64,000 bases of DNA from an uncultured bacterium (GCA_963729625.1 CAVSOU010000007.1:64001-128000); one strand, 5' to 3'. Numbered from the stretch's first letter, positions 9,721-24,784 are shown. Numbers and translations: made by a program. The notes: generated by a model not told the origin, from the sequence alone.

Positions 9721-9849
9721 CTACTCGGCAGATTCGCTTGCCGGTTCCTTCACACGGCTCTGAATCACCGGCGCAACTTTCTCCTTCTTCTTGTTCACGG
9801 CGGTCTTTGGCTTGCGGGTTTCTTTGCGGCCCTTGTCCTTTGAGCCCAT
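9721..9849 (-). CDS. Small Lys-rich protein (42 aa, MGSKDKGRKETRKPKTAVNKKKEKVAPVIQSRVKEPASESAE)
   Basis: ATG 9849 preceded by AAGGGAG, TAG at 9721-9723. Below the ORF-track size cutoff. Confidence 0.6.
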   Translation of the reverse strand: MGSKDKGRKETRKPKTAVNKKKEKVAPVIQSRVKEPASESAE

Positions 9850-10164
9850 AGTAAGTCTCCCTTCACGTGATCCATCCCCGAGATAGAAGTGTACGCGCTT
9901 TGCCGGGTTCGATGCGAGTATGTTATAGAACTGTCGGGACTTCTGGCCGACTTTGTCGAGTACAGGCAGACTAAAGGAAGGCGCCGGGCCCAGGACGCCC
10001 GAGGCGTTTCGGCTCGGGTGTCTCGCAACCCAACGACGTGAGACGCAGGGTAGTATTGGTGCGATTTCCCACGCGGTTCAGGCGGTCAGCGGATCGAGAC
10101 ACGCGTTCGCATCGCGGCCCAGTGCACCGCGATACCTGACCAGACAAGGAGGGACGACAGGGCA

Positions 10165-11217
10165 ATGCGGATGGTCGGTCTGTCGTGGCGGCCTGGCTCC
10201 ATCAAATCCCTGCTCAACCGCGACGGCGGCGCCGGCCGGTCAATGTGGCGGGCGTTGCGATGGCTGGCAGTTATCGCATCAATCGGCATGTGTCTGGTGC
10301 TGCAGCAGGGCACCCTCGTCACGAATTCAGGCTCCGCCGCGGGCTGCGGAAACACCTGGCCGCTATGCCATGGCAAGATTCTGCCGGAGTTCAGTGGTGT
10401 GGGTGGAGCGGCGACCGCGATTGAGTTCAGTCATCGCGTTGCCGTTCCCGTTGAGAGCACGCTGGTAATCGCGCTCGCCGCCGGCATGCTTTGGTTCTGG
10501 CGAGGCCGGCGTGAGGCGATGGTCCTGGCTCCAGCGATGATATTCTTCCTGTTCCTTCAGGCCGTGCTTGGCGCAATGGCCGTCGCCTGGCCGACCTCGG
10601 CCGAAGTCCTGGCCGCGCACTTCGGCATATCGCTCCTGGCGTTTGCGAGCATCGTGCTGTCCGCTGCGTTCGTCTGGGAAGCAGGCGGGGCCGAAGCGCT
10701 CCGAGATCGAACGCTCTCCTTTCGAATTCGCTGGGCCATCCGGGGTACCCTTGTCTACACGTACGTCGTCGTCTATCTCGGCGCCTATGTCCGGCACGTT
10801 GGAGCGAGCCTCTCATGTCTGGATTGGCCACTCTGCAACGGACGGGTGATACCGAGGTTTGTCGGAGGCGTGGCAACACAGTTTACGCATCGCGTTGGCG
10901 CGGGACTCCTTGTGCTCTCGATCGCGGGCTTGTTTGCCGCTATCTGGACCATCAGGGACCAGCGACCCGACCTCTTCCGAGCGAGTGCAGCGTGCGTCGT
11001 GCTGGTTTGTCTGCAAGCTCTGAGCGGCGCCTTGGTCGTGGAAACCCGCATCTCGGTTATAAGCACGCTGGTCCACGCCTTCTTTGTCAGCCTGCTCTTT
11101 GTCGTCGAAGCGTATATGTGGCTGCACACCGTCGAGCGTCCAGCCGGCGCGTTCGAACAGGCGTCCGGAACCGCCCGCCTGGCTTCTCGCCGGTTACCGC
11201 GGCCGGTTCGTGCATAG
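10165..11217 (+). CDS. ctaA: Heme A synthase (COX15/CtaA family)
   Basis: GCGNTWPLCHG and SCLDWPLCNG cysteine pairs; conserved His in EFSHR, AHFG, QFTHR and VHA; multiple TM helices; AAGGAGG RBS. Confidence 0.88.
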   Translation: MRMVGLSWRPGSIKSLLNRDGGAGRSMWRALRWLAVIASIGMCLVLQQGTLVTNSGSAAGCGNTWPLCHGKILPEFSGVGGAATAIEFSHRVAVPVESTLVIALAAGMLWFWRGRREAMVLAPAMIFFLFLQAVLGAMAVAWPTSAEVLAAHFGISLLAFASIVLSAAFVWEAGGAEALRDRTLSFRIRWAIRGTLVYTYVVVYLGAYVRHVGASLSCLDWPLCNGRVIPRFVGGVATQFTHRVGAGLLVLSIAGLFAAIWTIRDQRPDLFRASAACVVLVCLQALSGALVVETRISVISTLVHAFFVSLLFVVEAYMWLHTVERPAGAFEQASGTARLASRRLPRPVRA

Positions 11218-11525
11218 TGACGGCTCCAACCCAGGGACCTATGTCGCGTGCGGCAATGCCGGCGTCAGTCGTCGGTCTCGATTCGGCCCGAGGCCGTTTG
11301 CGCGCGGAACCGCCACTGTCGTTCAAACACGAAGACGTGGGGCGATGGCCTCCTTCGCGCCATGCAGATGCTCGGCAAGCACTCAAATTTCATCCATGGG
11401 TTCCGCCATTTCGTCGATTTGCTGGCTTCCGGCGGTGGAGGCAATGTGCTACCTTGTATGAGATTATTCGTTGGCCGGGCGGGGAGCCGGGTCATGACAA
11501 ACCTTTTGACAGAGTTCTTGTCGTG

Positions 11526-11555
11526 GAGGCGCTTCGTAGGGGCGCCTCTTCTCTT
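11526..11555 (+). terminator. Terminator-like hairpin in the leader of the MBL-pyrG-priA operon (possible attenuator)
   Basis: GAGGCGCTTC-GTA-GGGGCGCCTC followed by TTCTCTT. Confidence 0.5.
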
Positions 11556-11593
11556 ATGCACGGGAGAGAGCCGGCGAGCCGTGGGAGAAGCGC

Positions 11594-16476
<4,883 letters not shown>

Positions 16477-16592
16477 GCATATGGCGTCCAACCCCCGGCA
16501 ACGATCGAGTGGCACCCAGTCCTCCCTCGATATTCGCCAAAGAATGACATCGGTTGCAGCATTGCTTCTCCACGCCGTAAAATGGCGGGACT

Positions 16593-17099
16593 ATGGCAAC
16601 ACGAGAAATGTCCACGGCGCCAAAACAGAAGCCACCCGATCTGACGGTCGCAGGAAACCGGCGCGCGTATCATGATTACTTCATCGACGAGACCATGGAG
16701 GCCGGCCTCGTACTGACCGGCACCGAAGTAAAGTCGGTGCGTATGGGCCGCGTGAACCTACGAGAAGCCTACGCGCGGATTGAGAACGGTGAAGCCTGGC
16801 TCTGGAACGCGCATATCTCGCCATACGACCACGGCAATCGCTTCAACCATGATCCACAGCGCACGAGAAAGCTTCTGCTACATCGATCCGAGATTTCGCG
16901 TCTCAATACGAGTATCAAGAAGAAAGGCTACACGCTCGTGCCGCTTCGCATGTATTTTCGCCACAACGTTGCCAAGGTCGAGCTTGGGCTGGCCCGTGGC
17001 AAAAAGCTGTACGACAAGCGCGACTCCATCGCTGAGCGCGATGCGAAGCGGGAAATGGAGCGTGCCTTGCGGGGAAGAACGCGTGATTACAACGCATAG
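16593..17099 (+). CDS. smpB: SsrA-binding protein
   Basis: [29 protein letters not shown] and GKKLYDKR. Confidence 0.98.
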   Translation: MATREMSTAPKQKPPDLTVAGNRRAYHDYFIDETMEAGLVLTGTEVKSVRMGRVNLREAYARIENGEAWLWNAHISPYDHGNRFNHDPQRTRKLLLHRSEISRLNTSIKKKGYTLVPLRMYFRHNVAKVELGLARGKKLYDKRDSIAERDAKREMERALRGRTRDYNA

Positions 17100-17117
17100 T
17101 GCTTGAACGGTACGCCG

Positions 17118-17999
17118 ATGGAAGTAACCGGCATCGACCATGCGATCATCACCGTACGCGATCTAGAAGCCGCGGCAGCGCTATTCTCAGATGGCCTTGG
17201 ATTCCACGTGAGCGGCGGTGGAACCCATCCCCAGTTCGGGACTGCAAACCGGATCATCGTGCTCGACGACGAGTATATTGAGCTTCTGGCGCCGCAATCG
17301 GAAGCACTACCGCGCGGCCTCGTCGGCAACCTCCTCGCGAACGGCGAGGGGAATCTGGCCTGCGTCCTGGGATTGCGCGATCCGGCGGCGTTCGCCACCG
17401 GCACCCGCGCTCGAGGGTTACCCGTCGACGGACCGCATCCGGGACGGCTCGACGCCGCCGAGGGCTTCAGCCGCGGGTGGCAAACCGTCACGTTCGTGGA
17501 TACGCATGTACCCGGCTTGCCCTTCTTCATCAAGCATGACAGCACAGGCGATGAGCGGCGGCGCCTGCTTGGCGGGCCGGCGGGACTCGCACCGCATCCA
17601 AATGGGGCCGGGCGCATAGCCGGAGTCATCCTGGCCGTCGTGGATTGCCGCGCATCCATCGGTGTATTGCAACGAGTGCTTGGGCTCACGGCGGATGCAG
17701 AAGGGCGAGATGCGATGCTGGAAGCCGAAACGGTGACGACGACACTGGTGTCCGGCGCCAAGATCGTGCTTGCCTCTCCGGCCGAACCTGGCCGAGGCCC
17801 GCTTGCGGCCGCGCTTGCTCAACGCGGTGAATCGATGTTTGCGGTCACCATTGCGGTGGATCACCTCGCGGAGACCGTGGCGATGCTCCGCGGGCGAGGC
17901 ATAGGCGTGCGCGTGGACGAGCCCGGAGGAGTGCTCGTCGCGGCGCAGATACACCACCGCAACGCGCTCGGCGTGCGACTTGGACTGGTCAGAATCTGA
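17118..17999 (+). CDS. VOC/glyoxalase-like family protein (Glyoxalase_3 type)
   Basis: IDHAIITVRDL, GGTHPQFGTANRI, YIELL and LPFFI. Confidence 0.82.
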   Translation: MEVTGIDHAIITVRDLEAAAALFSDGLGFHVSGGGTHPQFGTANRIIVLDDEYIELLAPQSEALPRGLVGNLLANGEGNLACVLGLRDPAAFATGTRARGLPVDGPHPGRLDAAEGFSRGWQTVTFVDTHVPGLPFFIKHDSTGDERRRLLGGPAGLAPHPNGAGRIAGVILAVVDCRASIGVLQRVLGLTADAEGRDAMLEAETVTTTLVSGAKIVLASPAEPGRGPLAAALAQRGESMFAVTIAVDHLAETVAMLRGRGIGVRVDEPGGVLVAAQIHHRNALGVRLGLVRI

Positions 18000-18112
18000 G
18001 ACCGGTGCAACGTGTGCAGTAGTCGGCCATGCTCGGGCCTGGCACGGGACGAGGCCCTATGCGCCAGGATCCGCGTGTAGTATCGCGCCAGAGCCGAACT
18101 GCCGCCCAGAGG

Positions 18113-20377
18113 TTACTGGATCATCAGCGCAGCCCGAGCGTGCGCCTTGCTCCTCATTCCCGCGGCCTCGACCGTGGTCGCGCCATGCGCAGCGGTGGCC
18201 GGCACCGTGAACGTAGCTTTGAAAGCGCCATGCGCGTCCGAATTGGCAGCGGCGAGGACAGCACCATGCACGCTTATCACGACGATCTCGTTGGCGCCAA
18301 ACGCGGTGCCCATGATCGCTATCGACTGACCAGCATGAACCGTGACCGGCTTCACCACAATTGCCGAAACAGGCACGAGGCTCACCTGCACTGTCGTCGA
18401 CGCCGCGCGGCCAGTTCGAGCCCCGGTCACTTTGAGCGCGTAGCGGCCCGCCTTCAGCTTCCTGGAAAGATGGAAGGTCGCCTTCGTGAAGCTTCCGTTA
18501 TTGCCGGCCACGGAATTCTCAACCACCGCACCGTTGAACCGGATCAGCACGATTTCACCCGGCTGAAAACCCCCTCCGGATACTATCACAGCATCGCCGG
18601 GATGGAGTTTGGACGACGCCAGCCTCACCGTGGCAGGCCTGGGCGCCACGACATGCAGGGTCGCGGCAGCCGATAGTTCGCTCTGAGTCCCAAGGGCCAT
18701 GATCCCGTGATCCCCTACCTTGACCTCCGGGCCTAGGTGAGTTGAGAATCCGCCGGAGGCATCGCATATGACCGTTGCCTGAAGGACGGTGTCTACGCGA
18801 ATAAGCACCTGCTCTTTGGGCTCGAAGCCCAGGCCGGATACTTCGACGGATCCGCCTGCCACCACGGTGCCGGGGTTCAACGTGAGTTGGGCCACCGGAG
18901 CCTGAGCTACCGTAAGTGTCGCGGTCGCCGTTCGCCCGCTGGTTCCCTGCACTGATACCACGTAGTCTCCCGGAGCCAGGCCGGCCGGAACTGCAAAGGC
19001 CACGCCGTCAAAGGAGCCGCTTGCACTGACAACAGCGTGCTGCACGATGGCGCCCTTGACAGCAACGCTGATGGTCTCCCCACCCACAAACCCCGACCCG
19101 GCGACTACCACCCTGCCACCAGGGGCGGCGGTCGCTGGACTGATTGTAATGCCGGCTTGAGCAGCCTGGAGCGTGAGAGCAGCCGACGCGACACGCCCAC
19201 TGGACTGACCGGTCACGGTAAGCGCGTACGTACCAGGGCTCATTGACGTCGCGACCGTGAAGACGTAGCCGCTAAAGCTGCCGTCCGGCCCAACGAGGGT
19301 CGTTGCCCCTGGGCTGTCTCCAAGCTTCACCACGATCTGTTCCCCAGGTGCGAAGCCCGCGCCAGCCACCGACACCTGGCCTCCCACCACGACCGTACCC
19401 GGTGTAAGCGTAAGCGCCATGGGCACAGCTGTCGGGCTTGGCGTCGCGGCCTGGAGGCCAATGCTCAGTGGCTGCGAGGCATACTGACCGCTCGACTGCC
19501 CTTGCGCCAGAACGGTGTAGTCGCCAAGCGGGGTGGACGGAGACAGGAGTTCGTGCAAAGGCCCGAACGAGCCTGTGGAGCTTGCGGTCACTTGCATCGC
19601 CATCAAACGGGAGAGGAAGACATTTACCTGCTCACCGCCCTGAAAGCCCGACCCGGAGATATCGACATACGCATTCGGCTGCACCGGCGATGGAGAAGCA
19701 GTCACCTGCGCCGTCGCGGATGAAACCACGTGGACGATTTCGAGGCCGAAATCGTTGGATTGCCCGATCACAAAGATGCGCGCCGGACCGGGAGCCCATG
19801 ACGCGGGCACTGCCAGCGCCGTCGAGAATCCGCCGTGCATATCCGCTGCCAGTGGATAGGGATACGGAAGCCAGGGAAGGATCAGTCCAATGGACTCTCC
19901 GGGATGCAACCCCGCGCCGGTAAGCTGCACGCTCTGGCCGGCAACGACGCTGGCCTGCCCAAACGTCAGCGTGATGTTTGGATTGGCGATCGGCGAGAGC
20001 GGGAACGGCAGGCCGTTTCCTACTGTGTCCAGGCCGAGTGTGCTGCCCTGTGGAGACGCGGCAAGGTTCTGTGCAACGATCATCACCGCGTTAGGGTCAA
20101 GGTATCCAAGCGCAAACCACGCCTGTGGATTGAGTACCGGGTGCAGCTCGCCGTCCCAATAGAAGTAGATGTTAGTGTCGACAGAATCTTTGACCAGTTG
20201 TCCGTTGGTGAACGCGAGGCCGGCCGGCGCTCCGTGGGCTGAACTCGAACACGCCGGCAGGTTCAGCGCACCCACCAGGAATGCGAAAGCGACGAAGATG
20301 GCTGCCAGCCTGCGATACCGCTGCGAAACGCGCGCGCGTGATGCATCCATCGAGCCCTCCGAGCCTAGTTCTACCAC
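18113..20377 (-). CDS. Secreted or surface protein with seven tandem Ig-like beta-sandwich repeats
   Basis: N-terminal signal peptide; seven ~85-aa repeats with consensus SP..V..G..V.V.G.GF..GE.V.....G.F......G.Y.....G. Confidence 0.8.
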   Translation of the reverse strand: MVELGSEGSMDASRARVSQRYRRLAAIFVAFAFLVGALNLPACSSSAHGAPAGLAFTNGQLVKDSVDTNIYFYWDGELHPVLNPQAWFALGYLDPNAVMIVAQNLAASPQGSTLGLDTVGNGLPFPLSPIANPNITLTFGQASVVAGQSVQLTGAGLHPGESIGLILPWLPYPYPLAADMHGGFSTALAVPASWAPGPARIFVIGQSNDFGLEIVHVVSSATAQVTASPSPVQPNAYVDISGSGFQGGEQVNVFLSRLMAMQVTASSTGSFGPLHELLSPSTPLGDYTVLAQGQSSGQYASQPLSIGLQAATPSPTAVPMALTLTPGTVVVGGQVSVAGAGFAPGEQIVVKLGDSPGATTLVGPDGSFSGYVFTVATSMSPGTYALTVTGQSSGRVASAALTLQAAQAGITISPATAAPGGRVVVAGSGFVGGETISVAVKGAIVQHAVVSASGSFDGVAFAVPAGLAPGDYVVSVQGTSGRTATATLTVAQAPVAQLTLNPGTVVAGGSVEVSGLGFEPKEQVLIRVDTVLQATVICDASGGFSTHLGPEVKVGDHGIMALGTQSELSAAATLHVVAPRPATVRLASSKLHPGDAVIVSGGGFQPGEIVLIRFNGAVVENSVAGNNGSFTKATFHLSRKLKAGRYALKVTGARTGRAASTTVQVSLVPVSAIVVKPVTVHAGQSIAIMGTAFGANEIVVISVHGAVLAAANSDAHGAFKATFTVPATAAHGATTVEAAGMRSKAHARAALMIQ

Positions 20378-20515
20378 CTATGCGTAACGCAATCTGCCGC
20401 TGCCGGTGCTTCGCGACCGATGACTGCTATCCGGATTATGGAAGGACTGCCGGTCGAACGTCAACTCTGAGGCCTGAGACTGCCCAAGTACCGCAAAATG
20501 GTCTGCTTCAGCCCA

Positions 20516-22102
20516 TTATTTGAGAAGACTCCGTACCACCCAGCCGTCAATCCGCGACGCGGGCAGGGCCACCCTGGCCCAGTGTGGCGTGACCCCGAGC
20601 ACGAGTACTCGGGTCAAACGAGAGATGTGCGCAATCACCCTGTAGCGAGTGCCGGGGCCCTGGCGAAGCTCGGCAGTTCCCCGCAACACGCGCGCGCTTA
20701 CCGGCGCAACGGTCTTTTGAGGGCTGGAACGTTGTCTCGACGATGAGCTGCTGGGCTTCAGATTGGTGTACGGCCTCGCGACCCACCCCGCGGTCCCGCC
20801 TGGAAGGATAACTGCAGCCCAATGAGGGCTCACCTTGACCAGCTGCATGGAGGTGCCGCGGAACACGGACCCGACCACGGGATACTTCAAGCCCGGACCG
20901 GAGCGCACATGAAGCACGTCTGCTTCGGCAAGAATACTCACACCGCCGCCAATCGGTTGCTTTTCGCCCGGTCTCACGAGATAGCGTGACAGGACCCAGC
21001 CAATCGTGCCTTCGCGCGTAGTCACCTGCGTCCAGTGTGCCGTGCGGCTATGCACCGCCACGATCTCGCCCTCGAAACATGTTCCGAGAACAAGGTTGCC
21101 CTGACCGGGTTTGACATGAATGTTCAGGCCGTCCGAGCCCACGCCTGCCAGAGGGCCTCGCGGCGGCCACGGCGTATCCCAGAATCCATATCCGGAAACC
21201 CAATCCTGGCTGACCCAACCCTGGACGTTCTGCGGCAGCGCGACGTTGAGCCACTGCCCGCGCGCCTTGACAAATCCAAGCTTGGCGCCGCGCAGAGCGA
21301 CGCCGAGCGTGCGATAGCCGATGCCCGGGCCTGCGCGGACGTTCAGCCCGTTATCTACGTTGACCACGACGTAGTGCGTGTATTGTTTCAGGAACGCGTG
21401 TATCACGGAGTCGGCCTCGGCCGGCCACTCGGGGATCGCCTGCCCGCTCGGGGTGATCAGAACCTGAGGGCTGATCGAGTGCGCGGCGACAAACGCCAAT
21501 GGGTCATAGAACGAGGCGATCAGCGACGCGTTGCCGAAGGTGTATCCCGGGCCGCCTCCGTCAAAGTCCTTGATCTCAAAATGCAAGTGGGTGCCGCTTG
21601 CGAAGCCCGTGGCGCCGACGAGCCCCAGCACTTGACCCTGGCTGACCACCTCTCCCACGTACACCTGAAGGCTACCGTACTGCATGTGCTCATATTGCGA
21701 ATACACATATGCTCCAGTTGGAAGCATGTGCCGTAACCTGACAGTCACTCCGTAGCCACTGTCGTACTGCGCCTCGGTCACCACGCCTGCCGCGGTCGCG
21801 TGCACGTTCGCATCCGAGCCGTCACTTGCTAAATCAATGCCCGTATGTCCGCAGTAGTACAGCCCATATGCGTAGTAGCCTTGTCCCAGGCTCGGGTCGC
21901 AGGAGTCGTTGAACCCCTGGGTGATGTAGTATCCGTTCGCGTTGGCCTTGTCCCATGTTGGCGCGACCGAGGGATTCCCGACCGGATAGATGAATGTCGT
22001 CGCCACTGGGTCGGCCTGGATTGGACGAGCGTCGGCTTGCACGTCGCCCCAGCTCACGACCAGGAACAGCGAAGCGGCAAGCCTTAGAACTCGACGAAAC
22101 AT
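20516..22102 (-). CDS. Secreted M23 peptidase with four SH3b domains
   Basis: Signal peptide, HTGID, YEH and HLHFE motifs; four SH3b-like units (LNVRAGPG, LNIHVKPG, LHVRSGPG, ELRQGPG ... GWV). Confidence 0.9.
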   Translation of the reverse strand: MFRRVLRLAASLFLVVSWGDVQADARPIQADPVATTFIYPVGNPSVAPTWDKANANGYYITQGFNDSCDPSLGQGYYAYGLYYCGHTGIDLASDGSDANVHATAAGVVTEAQYDSGYGVTVRLRHMLPTGAYVYSQYEHMQYGSLQVYVGEVVSQGQVLGLVGATGFASGTHLHFEIKDFDGGGPGYTFGNASLIASFYDPLAFVAAHSISPQVLITPSGQAIPEWPAEADSVIHAFLKQYTHYVVVNVDNGLNVRAGPGIGYRTLGVALRGAKLGFVKARGQWLNVALPQNVQGWVSQDWVSGYGFWDTPWPPRGPLAGVGSDGLNIHVKPGQGNLVLGTCFEGEIVAVHSRTAHWTQVTTREGTIGWVLSRYLVRPGEKQPIGGGVSILAEADVLHVRSGPGLKYPVVGSVFRGTSMQLVKVSPHWAAVILPGGTAGWVARPYTNLKPSSSSSRQRSSPQKTVAPVSARVLRGTAELRQGPGTRYRVIAHISRLTRVLVLGVTPHWARVALPASRIDGWVVRSLLK

Positions 22103-22162
22103 TCTCTATCCTGTTACCGCTACAAGCATGTCCAGAGCGCGATGCCGGAAAAGTCCCCCGCA

Positions 22163-22191
22163 ACTTTACCAGCAGCCTGAGCGGGCGTCAA
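22163..22191 (-). promoter_or_regulatory. Sigma70-type promoter for the M23 gene
   Basis: TTGACG-N17-TAAAGT with TG extension on the minus strand. Confidence 0.55.
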
Positions 22192-22296
22192 CCAGGATAC
22201 TCACCACCGGCGCTCCCACACGTGCGTTGCCTCTCACCGCCGAAGGTGGCCACCCGCGCCCGCGTCGCGCGACAGAGCATGGGTTCAGACTGAAAA

Positions 22297-22325
22297 TTGA
22301 CAACGCAGCAGCCCGTTGATAGGTT
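22297..22325 (+). promoter_or_regulatory. Sigma70-type promoter for the nicotinate phosphoribosyltransferase gene
   Basis: TTGACA-N17-TAGGTT. Confidence 0.5.
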
Positions 22326-22392
22326 TGGTGTATTGCCGGAACCCATTGTTGGTGCAGCGAGTGTCCACGGCCGGGCTCGGAAAGGAGTGAGC

Positions 22393-23751
22393 ATGAGTGC
22401 ATTCGATGGAATTCGACTTCCATCGTCCACGTTCAAGCTCGACACGGAGCGCCTCCGCACCGGCTGGTATTCCGACAAGTACTTCTTGAACATCGCTAAC
22501 TTGCTTCGAGATCTCGCCGCCACTGGCTATTCGTTCGAAGGCGACGGGGTCCCGCACGATATCGATCGCGCCGCAATCTGCACGGGAGATATCGAAGTTG
22601 AGATGCAGTGGTTCACGCGTCGAGAGCCGTTCAGCGTGATCGCAGGTGTCGATGAGGCTCTGGCAATACTGCGTGAAAACACCGGCTACATCCACGACGG
22701 CCAATTCATCAACACGTTCGGCCGCGTGAAGGTCGAGGCCGTGCAGGACGGCGTCATTCTGCCGTACGACGGCAACCCCATGAACGTCCTGCCCGTGATC
22801 CGCGTTCGAGGTCGATACCGCGATTTCGCCGTCCTGGAAACTCCGACGCTTGGAGCCTTAACCGAGGCTTCGAGGGTGGCAACGAACGTCTACAATGTGC
22901 TGCGCGCCGCCAACGGAAAGGACGTCCAGTTCTTTCCGGCGCGTTTTGCTCACTACAAGCTCCAGGCGTTGCACGGATACGCGTACTCGCTCGCAGTGAA
23001 AGCCTATAACCGCGAGGCCGGCGGCCATACGGGCCTTTTCATCTCCACCGACGAACAGGGCTCATGGTGGGGAGGGCGGGGCGGGGGCACCGTAGCCCAT
23101 GCTGCGATCGCCGCGTTTCTCGGCGACATGGCGGAGGCGATGGTGCAGTTTGCTCGGCACGGACCGATCGAGACGCCACGGATAGCCCTGGTCGATTTTC
23201 ACAACGATTGCGTCGGCGATACGTTGAAGGTCATGGGCAAGATGTTCGATTGCTATCGCACTGAGGTCGATGCCGGCCGGTGCGACGAGGCGCGCCGGTA
23301 CAGGTTGTTTGGGGTCCGGGCGGATACCGCGGGGTCGCTGCGCGATGTCAGCGTTCCCCCGATCGGCGACGCAAGGCTCGATCTGGGCGTGACACCACGA
23401 CTCGTGTACATCCTGCGAGACGCTATCAACTCAGCGTGGAAGAATTGGGATCTGCCATCCGCATGGGAAGCGCGAGCACAAGAGTGGTGCAGCGACGTGC
23501 GTATCGTAGCCACAGGCGGGTTCGATCCCGACAAGATTCGCCGATTCGAGCGTCTGAAAGTACCCGTGGACATCTACGGCGTGGGAACCGCGCTGCTGAA
23601 CAACTGCGCCAGCTGCGGAACCAACACCGACTTCACCGCGGATGTGGTCCGCGTGAAACTCGGTGAGCGCTGGGTCGATATGGCGAAGGTTGGACGCCAG
23701 TCTCGGGAGAACCCGATGCTTGAAGCCATCAACACGGGCTGGGAAGGTTGA
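22393..23751 (+). CDS. Nicotinate phosphoribosyltransferase-family protein
   Basis: YSDKYF, ETPTLGAL..ASRVATN, FFPARF, GTVAH, LVDFHND, GVRADT, IVATGGF and DFTAD; AAGGAG RBS before ATG 22393. Confidence 0.85.
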   Translation: MSAFDGIRLPSSTFKLDTERLRTGWYSDKYFLNIANLLRDLAATGYSFEGDGVPHDIDRAAICTGDIEVEMQWFTRREPFSVIAGVDEALAILRENTGYIHDGQFINTFGRVKVEAVQDGVILPYDGNPMNVLPVIRVRGRYRDFAVLETPTLGALTEASRVATNVYNVLRAANGKDVQFFPARFAHYKLQALHGYAYSLAVKAYNREAGGHTGLFISTDEQGSWWGGRGGGTVAHAAIAAFLGDMAEAMVQFARHGPIETPRIALVDFHNDCVGDTLKVMGKMFDCYRTEVDAGRCDEARRYRLFGVRADTAGSLRDVSVPPIGDARLDLGVTPRLVYILRDAINSAWKNWDLPSAWEARAQEWCSDVRIVATGGFDPDKIRRFERLKVPVDIYGVGTALLNNCASCGTNTDFTADVVRVKLGERWVDMAKVGRQSRENPMLEAINTGWEG

Positions 23752-23879
23752 GCAGTACACCAATGGTGCTCTGCTGCGATGGCTCTCGGGTCAAGGGCCG
23801 TTCCCGCGGGCCGGGACGTGTTCACCGGCGCTCACCCAGGAGGCCGCAGCAATGCATGGCGAAAGCGCAACCGATCCTA

Positions 23880-23908
23880 TTGACAAGGTGGCACCCCGGA
23901 CATACGAT
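23880..23908 (+). promoter_or_regulatory. Sigma70-type promoter
   Basis: TTGACA-N17-TACGAT. Confidence 0.6.
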
Positions 23909-23997
23909 CGCGGGGCCGATTGCCCCAATGGAGCTCACGTAGTAGGCTTACCGGCTTTAAGCGGACGGTCTGGCAACAACTGGAGTCCTCAAGCATA

Positions 23998-24165
23998 GTG
24001 AACGCTCTGATTACGTTCTTCGCGTCGTTTAACCCGTTTATCATTGGGACCGCGTTTTCGCTGGGGTTTATCATCCTGGTGCGAACGCCAGATAGACTGT
24101 TCAGGGCTGCGTCGGCACTACCCAAGTCGCATGCCATCAGGTCGGTGTTTCGGCGGAACACGTAG
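23998..24165 (+). CDS. Small membrane protein (55 aa, MNALITFFASFNPFIIGTAFSLGFIILVRTPDR...)
   Basis: GTG after GGAG, hydrophobic N-half and basic tail; sits between a good promoter and the response regulator. Confidence 0.5.
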   Translation: MNALITFFASFNPFIIGTAFSLGFIILVRTPDRLFRAASALPKSHAIRSVFRRNT

Positions 24166-24194
24166 TATCAGATGAAGTTGAGAGTGTCGGAAAC

Positions 24195-24599
24195 GTGAGT
24201 CAAAAACCATTTCGCGTCCTAGTCGTCGATGACGAGCCAGACCTTGTCGTTCTTCTGGAAGAACACTTGACCCATGAGGGCTACGAAGTGGTGAGTGCCA
24301 CCAGCGGCATGCAAGCGATATCCAGAGCTCGGGAAGATCGTCCCGACGTCATCTTGCTCGACGTCATGATGCCCGGTGTCAGTGGCTTCGACGTATGCAA
24401 TATCCTTCAGGATTTCCCTGAGACCGCGAGCATTCCTGTTATCTTCCTCACTGCCGTGGCAGAGACGAAGCGCAAGGTGATGGGCCTGAACCTGGGAGCG
24501 GATGACTATATCACCAAGCCGTTCGACCTGCACGAGCTGGCGGCGAGAGTTCAGGCCGCGCTTCGCCCGCGAATGCAAAGCCCGGAACAGGAAGCATAA
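24195..24599 (+). CDS. Single-domain response regulator (receiver)
   Basis: VLVVDDE, LLDVMMP, FLTA and YITKPF. Confidence 0.93.
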   Translation: MSQKPFRVLVVDDEPDLVVLLEEHLTHEGYEVVSATSGMQAISRAREDRPDVILLDVMMPGVSGFDVCNILQDFPETASIPVIFLTAVAETKRKVMGLNLGADDYITKPFDLHELAARVQAALRPRMQSPEQEA

Positions 24600-24784
24600 C
24601 GTAGCTTGACATTGTGCGGGAGCGTCCAAGCGGCGTCAAGTCTGCTCTCCCGCGGCAACTGAGGGCGCATTGGCGCGCCGGATGACATCCCCTCCGCAAA
24701 AAGCTCGTTGCGCATGAACGTGGCCATGGCGGTGCAATAACCGTGCTGACACCGTTGCATCCTTCTGCTACAGTACATCTCGCT

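Noticed and set aside
24036-24074. GTTTATCAT direct repeat spaced 30 bp apart as an operator
   Set aside because: Both copies encode FII in frame within the 23998-24165 small ORF, which explains them more simply.
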